DNA of 64,000 nt from contig NZ_SBIV01000001.1 in NCBI RefSeq assembly GCF_004765795.1, positions 496,001 through 560,000 on the forward strand, written 5' to 3'. The notes under the pieces were generated by a model, which worked only from the letters and a program-made list of their open reading frames with translations, had not been told where the DNA came from and ran no database searches. This document shows, piece after piece, positions 18,846-29,237 of this stretch. This DNA comes from Halorussus marinus (lineage in GTDB: Archaea > Halobacteriota > Halobacteria > Halobacteriales > Haladaptataceae). Position 1 is the first letter of the stretch, and every line of letters starts with the position of its first letter. A program made the position numbers and the translations under genes.

Positions 18846-19979
18846 ATGACCGACCGCTACGACGCGATCGTCGTCGGCGTCGGCGGGATGGGAAGCGCGA
18901 CGACGTACTGTCTCGCCGAGCGCGGACTCGACGTCCTCGGGCTCGAACGGTACGACATCCCCCACGAGATGGGCTCCTCGCACGGGGTCACCCGGATCAT
19001 CCGCAAAGCACAGTACGAGGACCCGGCGTACGTCCCGTTAGTAGAGCGCGCCTACGAGCGCTGGCGCGATCTGGAGGACCGGACCGGCCGGGACCTGCTC
19101 TGGGTCACCGGCGGCGTCGACGCCGGGCCGCCGGACAGTCGGGTGTTCGCCGGGTCGAAGGCCTCGTGCGAGGCTCACGGCATCGACCACGAGGTGCTCG
19201 ACGCACGCGAGGTCAACGAGCGGTTCCCGGGGTACGACCTGCCGGCGTCCCACCGCGCGGTGTACCAGCCCGACGGCGGCTTTCTCGTGCCCGAACAGTG
19301 CATCGTCGCCCACGTCGAGGCCGCCCAAGCCGAGGGCGCCGAGGTGCGAGCGCGCGAGCCGGTCGCCGATCTCGTCGCGCTCCCCGACGGCGGCGCCCGC
19401 GCGACCACGCCGAAAGGCACCTACGAGGCCGACCGCGCGGTCGTGACGGCTGGCGCGTGGGCGCCGAAACTGGTGCCCGAACTGGCGGGGGTCGCGGTGC
19501 CCGAACGACAGGTGCTCGCGTGGCTCCGGCCGACCGCCCCCGAGCGATTCGATCCCGAGAGCTTCCCCGTGTTCGTCCACGCCGCCGACGACGGCCACTA
19601 CTACGGGTTCCCGCGCCACGACGTGCCGGGGTTCAAGTTCGGGAAGTTCAACCACCTCGGCGAGACCGTCGATCCCGACGCGACCGACCGCGAGCCCCGC
19701 CCCGAGGACGAGCGACTGCTCCGGGCGTACGCCGAGCGCCACTTCCCCGAGGGCGCCGGCCCGACCATGAAGCTCGCCACCTGCATGTTCACCAACACGC
19801 CAGACGAGCACTTCGTCCTCGATCGGCTCCCCGACCGGCCCCAGATCACGGTCGGCGCGGGCTTCTCGGGCCACGGATTCAAGTTCGCCAGCGCGATCGG
19901 CGAGGTGCTCGCGGACCTGTCGGTCGACGGCGAGACCCACCACGACGTCGACCTGTTCGGGCTGGACCGCTTCGAGTGA
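18846..19979 (+). CDS. solA: N-methyl-L-tryptophan oxidase / monomeric sarcosine oxidase
   Basis: GVGGMG FAD motif, GSSHGVTRIIR, CMFTNTPDEHF and FSGHGFKFA. Confidence 0.88.
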   Translation: MTDRYDAIVVGVGGMGSATTYCLAERGLDVLGLERYDIPHEMGSSHGVTRIIRKAQYEDPAYVPLVERAYERWRDLEDRTGRDLLWVTGGVDAGPPDSRVFAGSKASCEAHGIDHEVLDAREVNERFPGYDLPASHRAVYQPDGGFLVPEQCIVAHVEAAQAEGAEVRAREPVADLVALPDGGARATTPKGTYEADRAVVTAGAWAPKLVPELAGVAVPERQVLAWLRPTAPERFDPESFPVFVHAADDGHYYGFPRHDVPGFKFGKFNHLGETVDPDATDREPRPEDERLLRAYAERHFPEGAGPTMKLATCMFTNTPDEHFVLDRLPDRPQITVGAGFSGHGFKFASAIGEVLADLSVDGETHHDVDLFGLDRFE

Positions 19980-20048
19980 TCGGACGAGCGCCGATCGGTT
20001 CAATACGTACCGGGAAAGTTATTTGTCACTCTGCGTCGTACTGTCACC

Positions 20049-20549
20049 GTGTTTGGACGTTTCCCCTACGAGGCGGAACCCGACGGGGCCGTGTTCGGAC
20101 CCCACCACTTCTATCTGGGCGTTCTGCTGGTGTTGCTGGCGTGCTGGGTCGTCTCGGACGGCGACGACCGCCGGCCGTGGTTCGTCGCCGGCCTGTCGGT
20201 GTTCGCGGTGTTCTCGTTCGCGCTGACCTGGCCCTACTACCCGGAGTTCGGCGCGTTGTGCGTGCTGGCGGCGCTCGCGCTCGCCACGGTGCCGGCGGTC
20301 CTGCGACCGCTCTGGTGGCGGACCGGCCTGACCGTACAGGCCGGGCTCCTCGCGGGCCTGTTCGTCGCGTGGGACGACGCGCTGAGCCACGCCCTCGGCT
20401 GGCGGACGCCCCTCGACTCGGTGTGGAACGACCACCTCCACTCGTTCGTCTCGGATCCGCAGGTCCCGCCCGGGATCCGGCTACCCCCCGACCTCGAAGC
20501 CCTGCTCGTCGAGCAGGTCCGGCACGCGGTCGGCGTGGTCCCCCTGTAG
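20049..20549 (+). CDS. Hypothetical membrane protein
   Basis: About 4 TM helices with HHFYLG and DDALSH motifs. GTG start. Confidence 0.7.
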   Translation: MFGRFPYEAEPDGAVFGPHHFYLGVLLVLLACWVVSDGDDRRPWFVAGLSVFAVFSFALTWPYYPEFGALCVLAALALATVPAVLRPLWWRTGLTVQAGLLAGLFVAWDDALSHALGWRTPLDSVWNDHLHSFVSDPQVPPGIRLPPDLEALLVEQVRHAVGVVPL

Positions 20550-20786
20550 CTCGATCCGGCCGTCGTCGACGGTCCCGCCCGTGGCGAGCTTGCTCTTGAG
20601 CTCCGAGGCGAGTTCCTGCAGGTCGACGTTCGACTCGTCGAACCCCTCGACGACGGTGACCGCCTTGCCGTAAGTGCGCTCTTCGGTCTGGACCGACAGT
20701 TGTTGTTCGGCCCGGCCCAGATCCTCGTCGATGCCGAGTTCGTCGGGCAGTCCCGAGACGGAACTGATGTCTTCGTCGTCCCCCAT
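20481..20786 (-). CDS. sui1: Translation initiation factor SUI1/aIF1 homologue
   Basis: ERTYGKAVTVVEG, LKSKLATGGTV and IELQGDH. Confidence 0.88.
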   Translation of the reverse strand: MGDDEDISSVSGLPDELGIDEDLGRAEQQLSVQTEERTYGKAVTVVEGFDESNVDLQELASELKSKLATGGTVDDGRIELQGDHADRVPDLLDEQGFEVGG

Positions 20787-20935
20787 GTCCCAAGGGAGAC
20801 GCCCCACGCGTATCAGCCTTCTCGCGGCGGCCGATCGTTCCGAGGCCTCCGAAATCGACTCCCGGCCGGAACCGAAGCCGGCGATCGGCGATGTTTTCCG
20901 TCGGTTTTACGTCACTTCGTGCTATGAGTTCACAC

Positions 20936-22588
20936 ATGCTTCGCGCGAAGGGCTCGCTGCTCTCTATCGACCTGACCGCCCGATCGGCGACCACCGAGGA
21001 GATCGGCGACGAACTCGCCGCGTTCGTCGGGGGCCGCGGCCTCGCCACCAAACTCGCACACGACCGGACGCCGTTCGACGCCGACCCGCTCGGGCCGGAC
21101 AACCGGCTGTACTTCACGTCGGGCCCGCTCCAGCAGTCTCGGATGAGCTTCACCGGCCGGATGAACGCCACCGCGGTGTCGCCGCTCACCGACGGCATCC
21201 GGTCGACCAACGCCGGCGGCTACCTCTCGCGGAACTTCGTCGAGACGGGCCACCCGGCGGTCGAGATCGTCGGCGAGAGCGACGAACTGCTGGCGGTCCA
21301 CGTCACCGACGACGGCGTGGAGTTCGAGGAAGTCCCCGAACTCGAGGGCGCGAGCGTCTCGGCGGTCACCGAGTACGTCGAGGGCGTCCGGGACCTCGGG
21401 GCCGAGCATCTGGTGACCGCCGGGCCCGCGGGCGAGAACGAGGTCCGGTTCGCCTGCATCATGACCTCCGACACCCGGGCGTTCGGCCGGGGCGGACTCG
21501 GCGCGGTGATGGGCGCGAAGGGCGTCAAATGCGTCTCGTTCGACGGCGACTCGGCCCCCGACGTCGAGGTCCCGGACGTCCAGACGGACGTCCACCGCGA
21601 GGCCGCCCAGAGCGACGACCTGATGAAACGGCAGGGCACCACCGGGGGCACGGAGTTCATCAACGACGAGTTCTCGCTTCCGACCCGGTACTTCACCGAG
21701 TTCTCGTTCGAGCACGTCGAGGACATCGGCGGCGACGCCGTCGAGGAGAAAAAGTACAAGCGGGGCACCTGCTCGCAGTGTGCCTACGGCTGTAAGCTCC
21801 CGACCAGAGACGAGGAGACCGGGCTCGAAACCGAGGGCCCGGAGTTCGAGACGGTGATGTCGTTCGGGTCGTGTGCGGGCGTCGGCGACATCGTCGACGT
21901 GATGAAATCGAACGACCTCTGTGACGAACTCGGGCTCGATACGATCTCGTGTGGCGTGACCGTCTCGGCGTACCTCGCGGCCGAAGACGAGTTCGGCAAC
22001 GCCGAGCTGGTCCACGAACTCATCGAGAAGATCGCCCGCAGGGAGGGCGTCGGCGACCTGCTCGCCGAGGGGGTCGACCGGGCCCACGAGGAGCTGGGGG
22101 TCGAGAACTGGTCGTCGAAGGGGCTGGAGTTCGCGGCCCACGACGGTCGGGCGATAAACGGGCAGGGGCTGAGCTACGCGACCTCCAACAGCGGGGCCGA
22201 CCACATGTACTCAGAGATCCTCTCGATGGAGTACTCGGGCGAACTCGACCCCGAAGGCCTCGACGGGAAGGCCCCGGTGCTCGTCGAGTCCGAGAACGCC
22301 GCGGCGTTCAAAGACAGCGCGATCGCCTGCGCGTTCTCCAGCGACTACGTCACCGACGAGCGCCTCGGAGAGCTGTTCGGCGCCGACCCCGAGGAGCTGT
22401 ACGCGATCGGCGGCCGGGTCGTCGAACTGGAGCGCCACTTCAACAACGAGCGGGGGTTCGACCGGAGCGACGACGACCTGCCCTACGACCTGCCGGACTT
22501 CGAGGCGGCGTTAGACGAGTACTACGCCGAGCGCGGGTGGAACGAGGACGGGACGGTGCCCGATCGGAAGGTCGAAGCCGCCGACTGA
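20936..22588 (+). CDS. aor: Aldehyde:ferredoxin oxidoreductase (W/Mo-pterin)
   Basis: GGRGL, SPLT, GRGGLGAVMGAK, CxxCxxGC, GPEFET and GLDTIS. Confidence 0.9.
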   Translation: MLRAKGSLLSIDLTARSATTEEIGDELAAFVGGRGLATKLAHDRTPFDADPLGPDNRLYFTSGPLQQSRMSFTGRMNATAVSPLTDGIRSTNAGGYLSRNFVETGHPAVEIVGESDELLAVHVTDDGVEFEEVPELEGASVSAVTEYVEGVRDLGAEHLVTAGPAGENEVRFACIMTSDTRAFGRGGLGAVMGAKGVKCVSFDGDSAPDVEVPDVQTDVHREAAQSDDLMKRQGTTGGTEFINDEFSLPTRYFTEFSFEHVEDIGGDAVEEKKYKRGTCSQCAYGCKLPTRDEETGLETEGPEFETVMSFGSCAGVGDIVDVMKSNDLCDELGLDTISCGVTVSAYLAAEDEFGNAELVHELIEKIARREGVGDLLAEGVDRAHEELGVENWSSKGLEFAAHDGRAINGQGLSYATSNSGADHMYSEILSMEYSGELDPEGLDGKAPVLVESENAAAFKDSAIACAFSSDYVTDERLGELFGADPEELYAIGGRVVELERHFNNERGFDRSDDDLPYDLPDFEAALDEYYAERGWNEDGTVPDRKVEAAD

Positions 22589-22630
22589 GCCGCGAGTGCG
22601 CTCGCGAGCTCCGCCCGGACGGCCGCGGGC

Positions 22631-22978
22631 TCACCCGCCGTGGATCGGGGTCGTGAAGCTCACCGAGTCGCCGTCGGCGAGTTCTGTGTCGGCCTTCGCG
22701 CGGTCGCCGCCGTTCAACAGCGCGCGCACGCCGGTCCGTATCTCGCCGGACTCGTCGAGTAGCTCGCCGTCGAGTGCCGGCCGGTCGTCGGCGACCCGAG
22801 CGACCGCGTCGCGTAGCGTCGCACCCGCCGGGAGCGACACCGCGAGTGACTTCCGGTCGACCGACTCGCGGAACGGCGCGTAGAAGACGAGCTCGACCGA
22901 GATCGTCTCGACTGGCTCGCTGGTCGGCGGGCCGTCGCTCGCCGGTGGGTCGTCGGCGTCCTCGTTGGCCGGGGCCAT
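22631..22978 (-). CDS. MoaD/ThiS/SAMP ubiquitin-like protein
   Basis: Beta-grasp pattern with C-terminal PIHGG. Confidence 0.85.
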   Translation of the reverse strand: MAPANEDADDPPASDGPPTSEPVETISVELVFYAPFRESVDRKSLAVSLPAGATLRDAVARVADDRPALDGELLDESGEIRTGVRALLNGGDRAKADTELADGDSVSFTTPIHGG

Positions 22979-23079
22979 TGGTCGTCTCGACGTTGGGGTC
23001 CGGGGCGTCTTATCGTTTTCTCGACGGCTTCCGGGTCGATCCCCGGATTATAAATCCACACTCCCCATTCGGCCCACAC

Positions 23080-24231
23080 ATGGACCGTGTCGCAATCATC
23101 GGTGCCTCGATGACCGCGTTCGGCGAGCGCGAGGCGTGGATCCGCGACCTCCTCGCGGAGGCCGGCCGTGAGTGCCTCGACGACGCCGGCGTGGCCCCAG
23201 ACGAGGTCGAACACCTGTACGTCTCGAACATGGCAAGCGGCGAGTTCGAGGGCCAGACCGGCGTTCCAAACGCCTTGGCCCACGACCTCGGCGCGGTGCC
23301 GGCCTACACCCAGCGCGTCGACCAGACCAGCGCGTCGGGCGGGGCCGGCATCTACGCCGCGTGGCAGTCGGTGGCCTCGGGCGCCTCCGAACTGACCCTG
23401 CTGGTCGGCGGCGAGAAGATGACCCACCGCACGACGGCGGAGGCGACCGACGTGATCGCGTCGCTGACCCACCCCGCCGAGTACAAGCACGGCGTGACCC
23501 TGCCGAGCTTCGCGGGGCTGACCGCCCGCCGATACCTCCACGAGTACGACGCCCCCCGCGAGAGCCTCGCGAAGGTCGCGGTCAAGAACCACCGCAACGG
23601 GCTCGACAACCCACACGCCCAGTTCCGCAAAGAGGTCGACGTCGAGACGGTGATGGACTCGCCGATCGTCGCCGACCCCCTGCGGCTCTACGACTTCTGT
23701 CCGATCACCGACGGGAGCGCGGCGCTGCTGTTGTGCCCCGAATCGGTCGCCCGGGAGATGGGCGCACCGTACACCGTCGTCTCGGGGATCGGCGGCGCGA
23801 CAGACACCCACGTCGTCCACGAGCGCGCGGATCCGACGGTGATGGGCGCGGCCGTCGAGAGCTCCGACCGAGCCTACGCGATGGCCGACCGCGAACCCGA
23901 GGACGTCGACGTGGCGGAGCTCCACGACATGTTCACGATCCTCGAATTCCTCCAGAGCGAGGCGGTCGGGTTCTTCGAACAGGGCGAGGGCTGGAAGGCC
24001 GTCGAGGAGGGGGTGACCGACCGAGACGGCGACCTCCCGATCAACACCTCGGGCGGCCTCAAGTCGAAGGGCCATCCGCTGGGCGCCAGCGGGGTCGCAC
24101 AGGCCTACGAACTCCACCAGCAGGTGCTCGGCGACGCCGGTCCCCGGCAGGTCGAGGCGGAGGTCGGCCTCGCGTGCAACGTCGGCGGGTTCGGCAACTG
24201 CGTGACCACCACCCTCGTGGAGGCACCCTGA
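23080..24231 (+). CDS. Archaeal thiolase (AcaB/SCP-x type)
   Basis: KNHRNG, CPITDGSAA, ELHD, NTSGGLKSKGHPLGASG and NVGG. Confidence 0.9.
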   Translation: MDRVAIIGASMTAFGEREAWIRDLLAEAGRECLDDAGVAPDEVEHLYVSNMASGEFEGQTGVPNALAHDLGAVPAYTQRVDQTSASGGAGIYAAWQSVASGASELTLLVGGEKMTHRTTAEATDVIASLTHPAEYKHGVTLPSFAGLTARRYLHEYDAPRESLAKVAVKNHRNGLDNPHAQFRKEVDVETVMDSPIVADPLRLYDFCPITDGSAALLLCPESVAREMGAPYTVVSGIGGATDTHVVHERADPTVMGAAVESSDRAYAMADREPEDVDVAELHDMFTILEFLQSEAVGFFEQGEGWKAVEEGVTDRDGDLPINTSGGLKSKGHPLGASGVAQAYELHQQVLGDAGPRQVEAEVGLACNVGGFGNCVTTTLVEAP

Positions 24232-24232
24232 G

Positions 24233-24598
24233 ATGAGCTTCGACGCACATCGCTGTCCGAACGGCCACCTGACCTACCCGGGACACGAGCGGTGTCCCGA
24301 CTGTGGCCGGCCCCAGACCGAAACCGTCGACCTCGCCGACGAGACCGCGACGGTCGTGACGTGGACGGAAAACACCGCGACCCCGCCGGGGGTGCGCCGG
24401 CCGAACTCGCTCGCGATCGTCGAGTTCGACGTCGAGGGCGAGTCGGTGCGTGCGATCGGTCAGGTGACAGCCGACGCCGACGTCGAGATCGGCGACGAGG
24501 TCCGGCCGGTGTACGCCGAGCAACTCCGGGATCCGGACGCCGGCATCCGCGAGCCCGAGAGCCAGTCGTGGGACGGCTATCGGTTCGAGCCGGTCTGA
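24233..24598 (+). CDS. DUF35 Zn-ribbon/OB-fold thiolase partner
   Basis: CPNGH...CPDCG plus an OB fold, 1 nt after the thiolase. Confidence 0.88.
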   Translation: MSFDAHRCPNGHLTYPGHERCPDCGRPQTETVDLADETATVVTWTENTATPPGVRRPNSLAIVEFDVEGESVRAIGQVTADADVEIGDEVRPVYAEQLRDPDAGIREPESQSWDGYRFEPV

Positions 24599-24801
24599 GC
24601 GAGCGTTTAGGCGAGCGGGACGGCTCGAACCGAAGAAGTCCGAACCCATCTGGGCGGCCGCGTGCGAGCGTTCGGTTCGACTCCGGGCGAGACGACCTCT
24701 ATCCAGCAATCGATCGATGCGGCGACCCCATTCATATAAGAAAAACTTCATAACTGGAGTTCAGTAAGCCGCGCTACAAAAATGTAGTTCAGATTATAGT
24801 T

Positions 24802-25101
24802 ATGGCGCGCCGGGTCGTGGATCGAAACGTGATGAGACCACCACGACGAGATCCCCTTCGGGATCCACGGCCGAACCACGGTGTCCCGCGCACCGTCCTC
24901 GGCGCGGTCGCGGCGACAGTGCTGATTCCCGGGCTGGTGATCGCGGTCCTCTACCCCGTCGCGGCGGTGAGCGTCGTCGTCTCGGGGATCGGCGCGGCCC
25001 TCGCCATCGGGGCACTCGTCCGACGCTATCGAGTCCGCAGGCGTCGGGGACGGACCCGAGAGGTCTGCGTTCCGAAGACGGGCGTCTGTGTCGAGGTGTA
25101 G
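24802..25101 (+). CDS. Small hypothetical membrane protein
   Basis: Two hydrophobic helices, a basic tail and a C-terminal CVPKTGVC. Start uncertain. Confidence 0.6.
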   Translation: MARRVVDRNVMRPPRRDPLRDPRPNHGVPRTVLGAVAATVLIPGLVIAVLYPVAAVSVVVSGIGAALAIGALVRRYRVRRRRGRTREVCVPKTGVCVEV

Positions 25102-25338
25102 CGCCGAAGCGAACCTCGTTTAAGTAGTTCTGGCGACAAGGAGTAGATACGAGCGACCCGACGCGGACCTCGTCCGTCGTCTTTTCCCGACCGACCGCCC
25201 GACGGAGCCGACCGGCCGTCGATTTCTCGCCGATGCTCTCGTCGGTCGCGTCGGTGGTCGCCGCGTTCGACCGTGTGTCACCGCCCCAATACCTTAAAAA
25301 CCGATAGATTGACATTGAGTCGATGGTCGGGTTCAGGT

Positions 25339-25893
25339 ATGTTCCCGCCGGGCCACTACGGAATGGCGCTCGCGCTCTACGCGGTCGTCGGAGCGCTCGT
25401 GTTGCGCCGGGGGTACGTCCGCGACGCCCTCTCGGGGGGCGCCATCGTCCTCGCGTACACGCTGTTTCCCGACGTGGACGGCAAACTCGAGTTCGTGGTC
25501 CACCGCGGCGTGACCCACACGCTGTGGTTCGCCGCGGCGGTCGGCCTCTTCTGTGTTCTGGTCGTGGCGTCCGATCTGCGCGGCCGCTCGGGTCGGTCGG
25601 CGGTGGCGGGCGCGTGCTGGGCGTTCTTTCTCGGCTCGTTCGCCGTCGTCGCGCACCTCGCGGCCGACCTGCTGAACCCGTGGGGCGTGATGCCGTTCTA
25701 CCCGGTGACGCCGGCACTCTACTCGCTCGACGTGGTGCGAGCGACCAACCCGGCCGCCAACTACGCGATGCTGGCGGGCGGCCTCTGCATCGGGGCGACC
25801 GCGTGGACGCTCGCGCACCCCGCCGGCGCTCGCGCGTCGCTCGCGGTGCGGTTGTATCGACGACTCCGGGGCGAGGTCGCGGTCGCCGAGTGA
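25339..25893 (+). CDS. Membrane metal-dependent hydrolase (YdjM-like)
   Basis: GH near the N-terminus, PDVD, HRGVTH and HLAADLL. Confidence 0.85.
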   Translation: MFPPGHYGMALALYAVVGALVLRRGYVRDALSGGAIVLAYTLFPDVDGKLEFVVHRGVTHTLWFAAAVGLFCVLVVASDLRGRSGRSAVAGACWAFFLGSFAVVAHLAADLLNPWGVMPFYPVTPALYSLDVVRATNPAANYAMLAGGLCIGATAWTLAHPAGARASLAVRLYRRLRGEVAVAE

Positions 25894-26730
25894 TCAGGCG
25901 GCGTTCGAGTCGCCGCCGTCGCCGTCACTGCCGTCGGCGTCGGTCCCATCGTCGGTATCGTCACTGTCTTGGCCGTCAGTCCCAGCGTCGGCTTCGGCGC
26001 TGTCTTCGCCGTCGGTAGCGGCGCTATCGTCGCCGTCCGACCCGTCTCCGTCCGCGCGTCGGTCGCCGTCGAGTTCGTCCTTGATCGACCGGAGTTCCGC
26101 GTCGACGTCGACCTGCGGCTCCCCGGCGTCGTCTTCCGCGTCGTCTTCGTCCCGGTCGTCGGGGTCGCCGACCTCGATGGTCGTCGCGCCGTCGAGGTCG
26201 TCGCGGTCGCGCCGATCGTCGCGGGTGTCGCGGTCGTCTCGCCGGGGGTTGCGGGCCTCGTCGGCGTCCGCGCGACTCTGCTCGACGCGGTCGCGGATCT
26301 CGCGGTTGATCCGGCGCGCGTCGTCGAGGATGTCGCGGGCCTCGCCGTCGCGCGGGAGGTCTGACTCCCGGATCGTGGCTTCGACGTCTTCGAGCGCGTC
26401 CTCCAGCCGGTCGAGGGTGGCTCGGCTCGCGTCGGCGGCCCGGGATTCGAGCCGGTCGCGCTCCTCGCCGACCGCGCTCCGTTCGGGGTCCACGACCCGG
26501 ATGATCCGTTCGAGCGCCTTCAGCGCCCGGATGTTCGCTTCGAGGACCGAGATGGTGGTCGGGATCGCGTACTCGCCGGTGAACGACAGCACCTCGCGGG
26601 GCGTCGGCGGTCGCGGCAGGCCGCCCGGTCCCCGGGGCGGCTCGCCGAGTTCGTCCCGGAGCTCGCGGACCCGATCCTCGAGCTCGCGCACCCGTTCTTC
26701 CAGTTCCTCGCGGTCGCGGTCGTCTCTCAT
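25894..26730 (-). CDS. Acidic coiled-coil hypothetical protein, conserved haloarchaeal type
   Basis: PRPPTPREVLSFTGEYAIP..LEANIRAL, VDVDAELRSIK and a D/E-rich tail. Confidence 0.78.
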   Translation of the reverse strand: MRDDRDREELEERVRELEDRVRELRDELGEPPRGPGGLPRPPTPREVLSFTGEYAIPTTISVLEANIRALKALERIIRVVDPERSAVGEERDRLESRAADASRATLDRLEDALEDVEATIRESDLPRDGEARDILDDARRINREIRDRVEQSRADADEARNPRRDDRDTRDDRRDRDDLDGATTIEVGDPDDRDEDDAEDDAGEPQVDVDAELRSIKDELDGDRRADGDGSDGDDSAATDGEDSAEADAGTDGQDSDDTDDGTDADGSDGDGGDSNAA

Positions 26731-26769
26731 GGTCGGGCCTTCGTGTCGCACCGTAAAGAGCTTGGCCGC

Positions 26770-27975
26770 TCAAAAGCCCTCCCGGAGGAAGACCTCTCGC
26801 TCGGGATACATGGCCGCGAGCGTCCCGCGGACCGCCGGCGTGCGGACCGCCAGATCGCCCAGTCGCTCGGCGTCGGAGACCGAGTGATAGCCGACGTACA
26901 CCTGAGCGAGCGTGGAGACTCCGACGGTCGCGTCGGGGGCCGCGTCGGCGGGGTCGCAGGTGGCCGCGCCGTCGGCCACCGCGATCCGGAACCGCCGGTC
27001 GTTCCAGTCGGCCAGCGGATCCGAGACCCCGAGGACGAACTCCCCGTCGACGCCGGGGTAGTCGAGCGCCTCGACCGCGGCCGGCACGTCGACGAGCCGG
27101 ACCATCGGCCCGGGCCGCACCTCGCAGTCGACCCGCGCGGGGTCTTCGGCCTCGTCGAGCAGGCTCGCGTCGTGTGGCCCGTGAACCGCGACGGTCTCGA
27201 CCTGCGAGTCGTGGTTCGCGAGGAATCGCAGGAGATTGAGGAACGCCTCGCGGTCGGCGTGGGCGAGTTCGAGCGCGACGAGCCGGTTGCCGTCGCCGTC
27301 GTCGTCGATGCGGTAGACGACGAACCCGCGGGGCTCGCCGTCCCGCTCCCACGCGTAGACGTAGGGGTCGGTCTGCCAGCTCTCGAAGACGCGCTTTCGC
27401 CACCACTCCTCGGTGCGGTCCATCGTCAGCTCGAACCGCTCGCCGTGGGCCGCCAGGACCGGGTCGAGGTCGGCCCAGTCGTCGGGCTCGACCCGCCGGA
27501 ACGCGCCGACCGACTCGTCGTCGCCGGCCTCGCGAGCCGCCTCGCGGGCGAATTCGAGCGCTTCGGGCGGGCACTCGAACCGGGTCCACTTGTTCGCGAG
27601 CCCCCAGCCCTGTCGCTCGTAGAAGGGGTGTTTGAACGCCCAGAGGGCGGTGAGGTAGTCTCCCCGGTCGCGGTACTCTTCGAGCGAGGCCCCGAGCAGG
27701 CGGGCCACGTTGCCCTGTCGGCGGTGTTCCGGGGGCGACGCGACCGCCGAGAGCCCGGGCATCTCGTGTGACCGGCCGCGGAGGCCGACCCGAAACCAGT
27801 GGTGGCGACACACCGCGAGCAGGGCCTCGTCGTCGAACAGCCCGCGGGCCTCGCCCGGCTGTTCGGCGGGGTCCCAGTCCGATTCGGCGTCCGGCCCCTC
27901 CTGCGGGCTGAACGCGTACCGGAGGTAGTCCTGAAACTGCTCGGTCCGGTCGTCGGGGAGCGGGCGATAGTCCAT
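26770..27975 (-). CDS. Eis-like GNAT acetyltransferase with C-terminal SCP2 domain
   Basis: AVASPPEHRRQG, FYERQGW, MVRLVDV and C-terminal EGF. Confidence 0.9.
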   Translation of the reverse strand: MDYRPLPDDRTEQFQDYLRYAFSPQEGPDAESDWDPAEQPGEARGLFDDEALLAVCRHHWFRVGLRGRSHEMPGLSAVASPPEHRRQGNVARLLGASLEEYRDRGDYLTALWAFKHPFYERQGWGLANKWTRFECPPEALEFAREAAREAGDDESVGAFRRVEPDDWADLDPVLAAHGERFELTMDRTEEWWRKRVFESWQTDPYVYAWERDGEPRGFVVYRIDDDGDGNRLVALELAHADREAFLNLLRFLANHDSQVETVAVHGPHDASLLDEAEDPARVDCEVRPGPMVRLVDVPAAVEALDYPGVDGEFVLGVSDPLADWNDRRFRIAVADGAATCDPADAAPDATVGVSTLAQVYVGYHSVSDAERLGDLAVRTPAVRGTLAAMYPEREVFLREGF

Positions 27976-28020
27976 GTACGGTCGGCCGGCCGGGACCGAG
28001 AAATAGCTTACCGAGGTGTG

Positions 28021-29112
28021 TTACTGGAACCCGCGGCGGTACTGAACCGGCACCTCGACGCGGTCGGTCGCGCCGAGCGCCTCGGCGGCGTGGAGCGCGA
28101 AGTACGGGTCCCGGAGGTGCTCGCGGCCGACGATCGCGAGGTCGGCCCGGCCGTTCCGGATCAGGGCGTCGGCCTGCGCCGGCTCGGTGATGCCGCCCAC
28201 GGCGCCCACGAGCGCGTCGGTGTTCTCGGCGACGCGCTCGGCGTACCGCACCTGGTAGTTCGGGCCGGTCTGGGGGATCTGCTGGTCGGGATGGACGCCG
28301 CCCGAGCTCACGTCGATCAGGTCGGCGCCGGCCTCCGCGAGCAGGGGGCCGAGCCGGGCGGTGTCCTCGACGGTCCACGATTCGCGGTCGGGGAGCCAGT
28401 CGCTGGCCGAGACGCGGACGAAGACGGGCCGGTCGTCGGGCCACACCTCCCGGACCGCCGCGGTGACCTCCCGGAGGAGTCGAGTCCGGCCCTCGAAGTC
28501 GCCGCCGTACTCGTCGTCGCGGTCGTTGGTGACCGGCGAGAGAAACTCGTGGAGCAGGTAGCCGTGGGCGGCGTGAACCTCGGCGACGTCGAAGCCCGCA
28601 TCGAGAGCGCGCTCGGCCGCGACCGCGAAGTCCTCGACGAGCCCGTCGACGTCGTCGCGATCCATCTTCCGCGTCTCGGCGCGGCCCTCCTCGTAGGGGT
28701 ACGGCGTCGCGCTCGGCGCCAGCGTCTCCCACCCGCCCTCGTCGGGACTCAGGGGGTCGCTACCGTCCCACGGTCGGGTCTTGCTGGCTTTTCGGCCGGC
28801 GTGGGCCAACTGGATCGCGGAGGTCGCGCCCCGGTCGGCGATGAAGTCGGTGATCGGCGCGAGCGCCTCGGCGTGCTCGTCGCTCCAGATGCCGAGGTCG
28901 TTGGGCGTGATGCGTCCGCGGGGCTCGACCGCGGTGGCCTCGGTCATCACGATACCGGCGCCGCCGGTGGCCCGACTCCCGAGGTGGACCTCGTGCCAGT
29001 CGGTCGCGAGCCCGTCGGTGTCACACGAGTACTGACACATCGGCGAGACCATCACGCGGTTTCGGACGGTCGTCTCTCGAATCGTCAACGGGGCGAACAG
29101 ATCGTCGGTCAT
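28021..29112 (-). CDS. NADH:flavin oxidoreductase (old yellow enzyme, YqjM/NamA-like)
   Basis: SPMCQYS, QLAHAGRKAS, HAAHGYLLHEFLSP and RDDEYGG. Confidence 0.92.
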   Translation of the reverse strand: MTDDLFAPLTIRETTVRNRVMVSPMCQYSCDTDGLATDWHEVHLGSRATGGAGIVMTEATAVEPRGRITPNDLGIWSDEHAEALAPITDFIADRGATSAIQLAHAGRKASKTRPWDGSDPLSPDEGGWETLAPSATPYPYEEGRAETRKMDRDDVDGLVEDFAVAAERALDAGFDVAEVHAAHGYLLHEFLSPVTNDRDDEYGGDFEGRTRLLREVTAAVREVWPDDRPVFVRVSASDWLPDRESWTVEDTARLGPLLAEAGADLIDVSSGGVHPDQQIPQTGPNYQVRYAERVAENTDALVGAVGGITEPAQADALIRNGRADLAIVGREHLRDPYFALHAAEALGATDRVEVPVQYRRGFQ

Positions 29113-29237
29113 CGGGTGACCCTCGGCGCTCCCCCCTCGAAAGGCCTCGGCTTTCCACCGAACTTGCCGAGAGTTCGGTCGCGGTATTTCGCGGCGGGGA
29201 AATACTTATTGTAGGGTTCGCCGTCATTGGTGAATCG

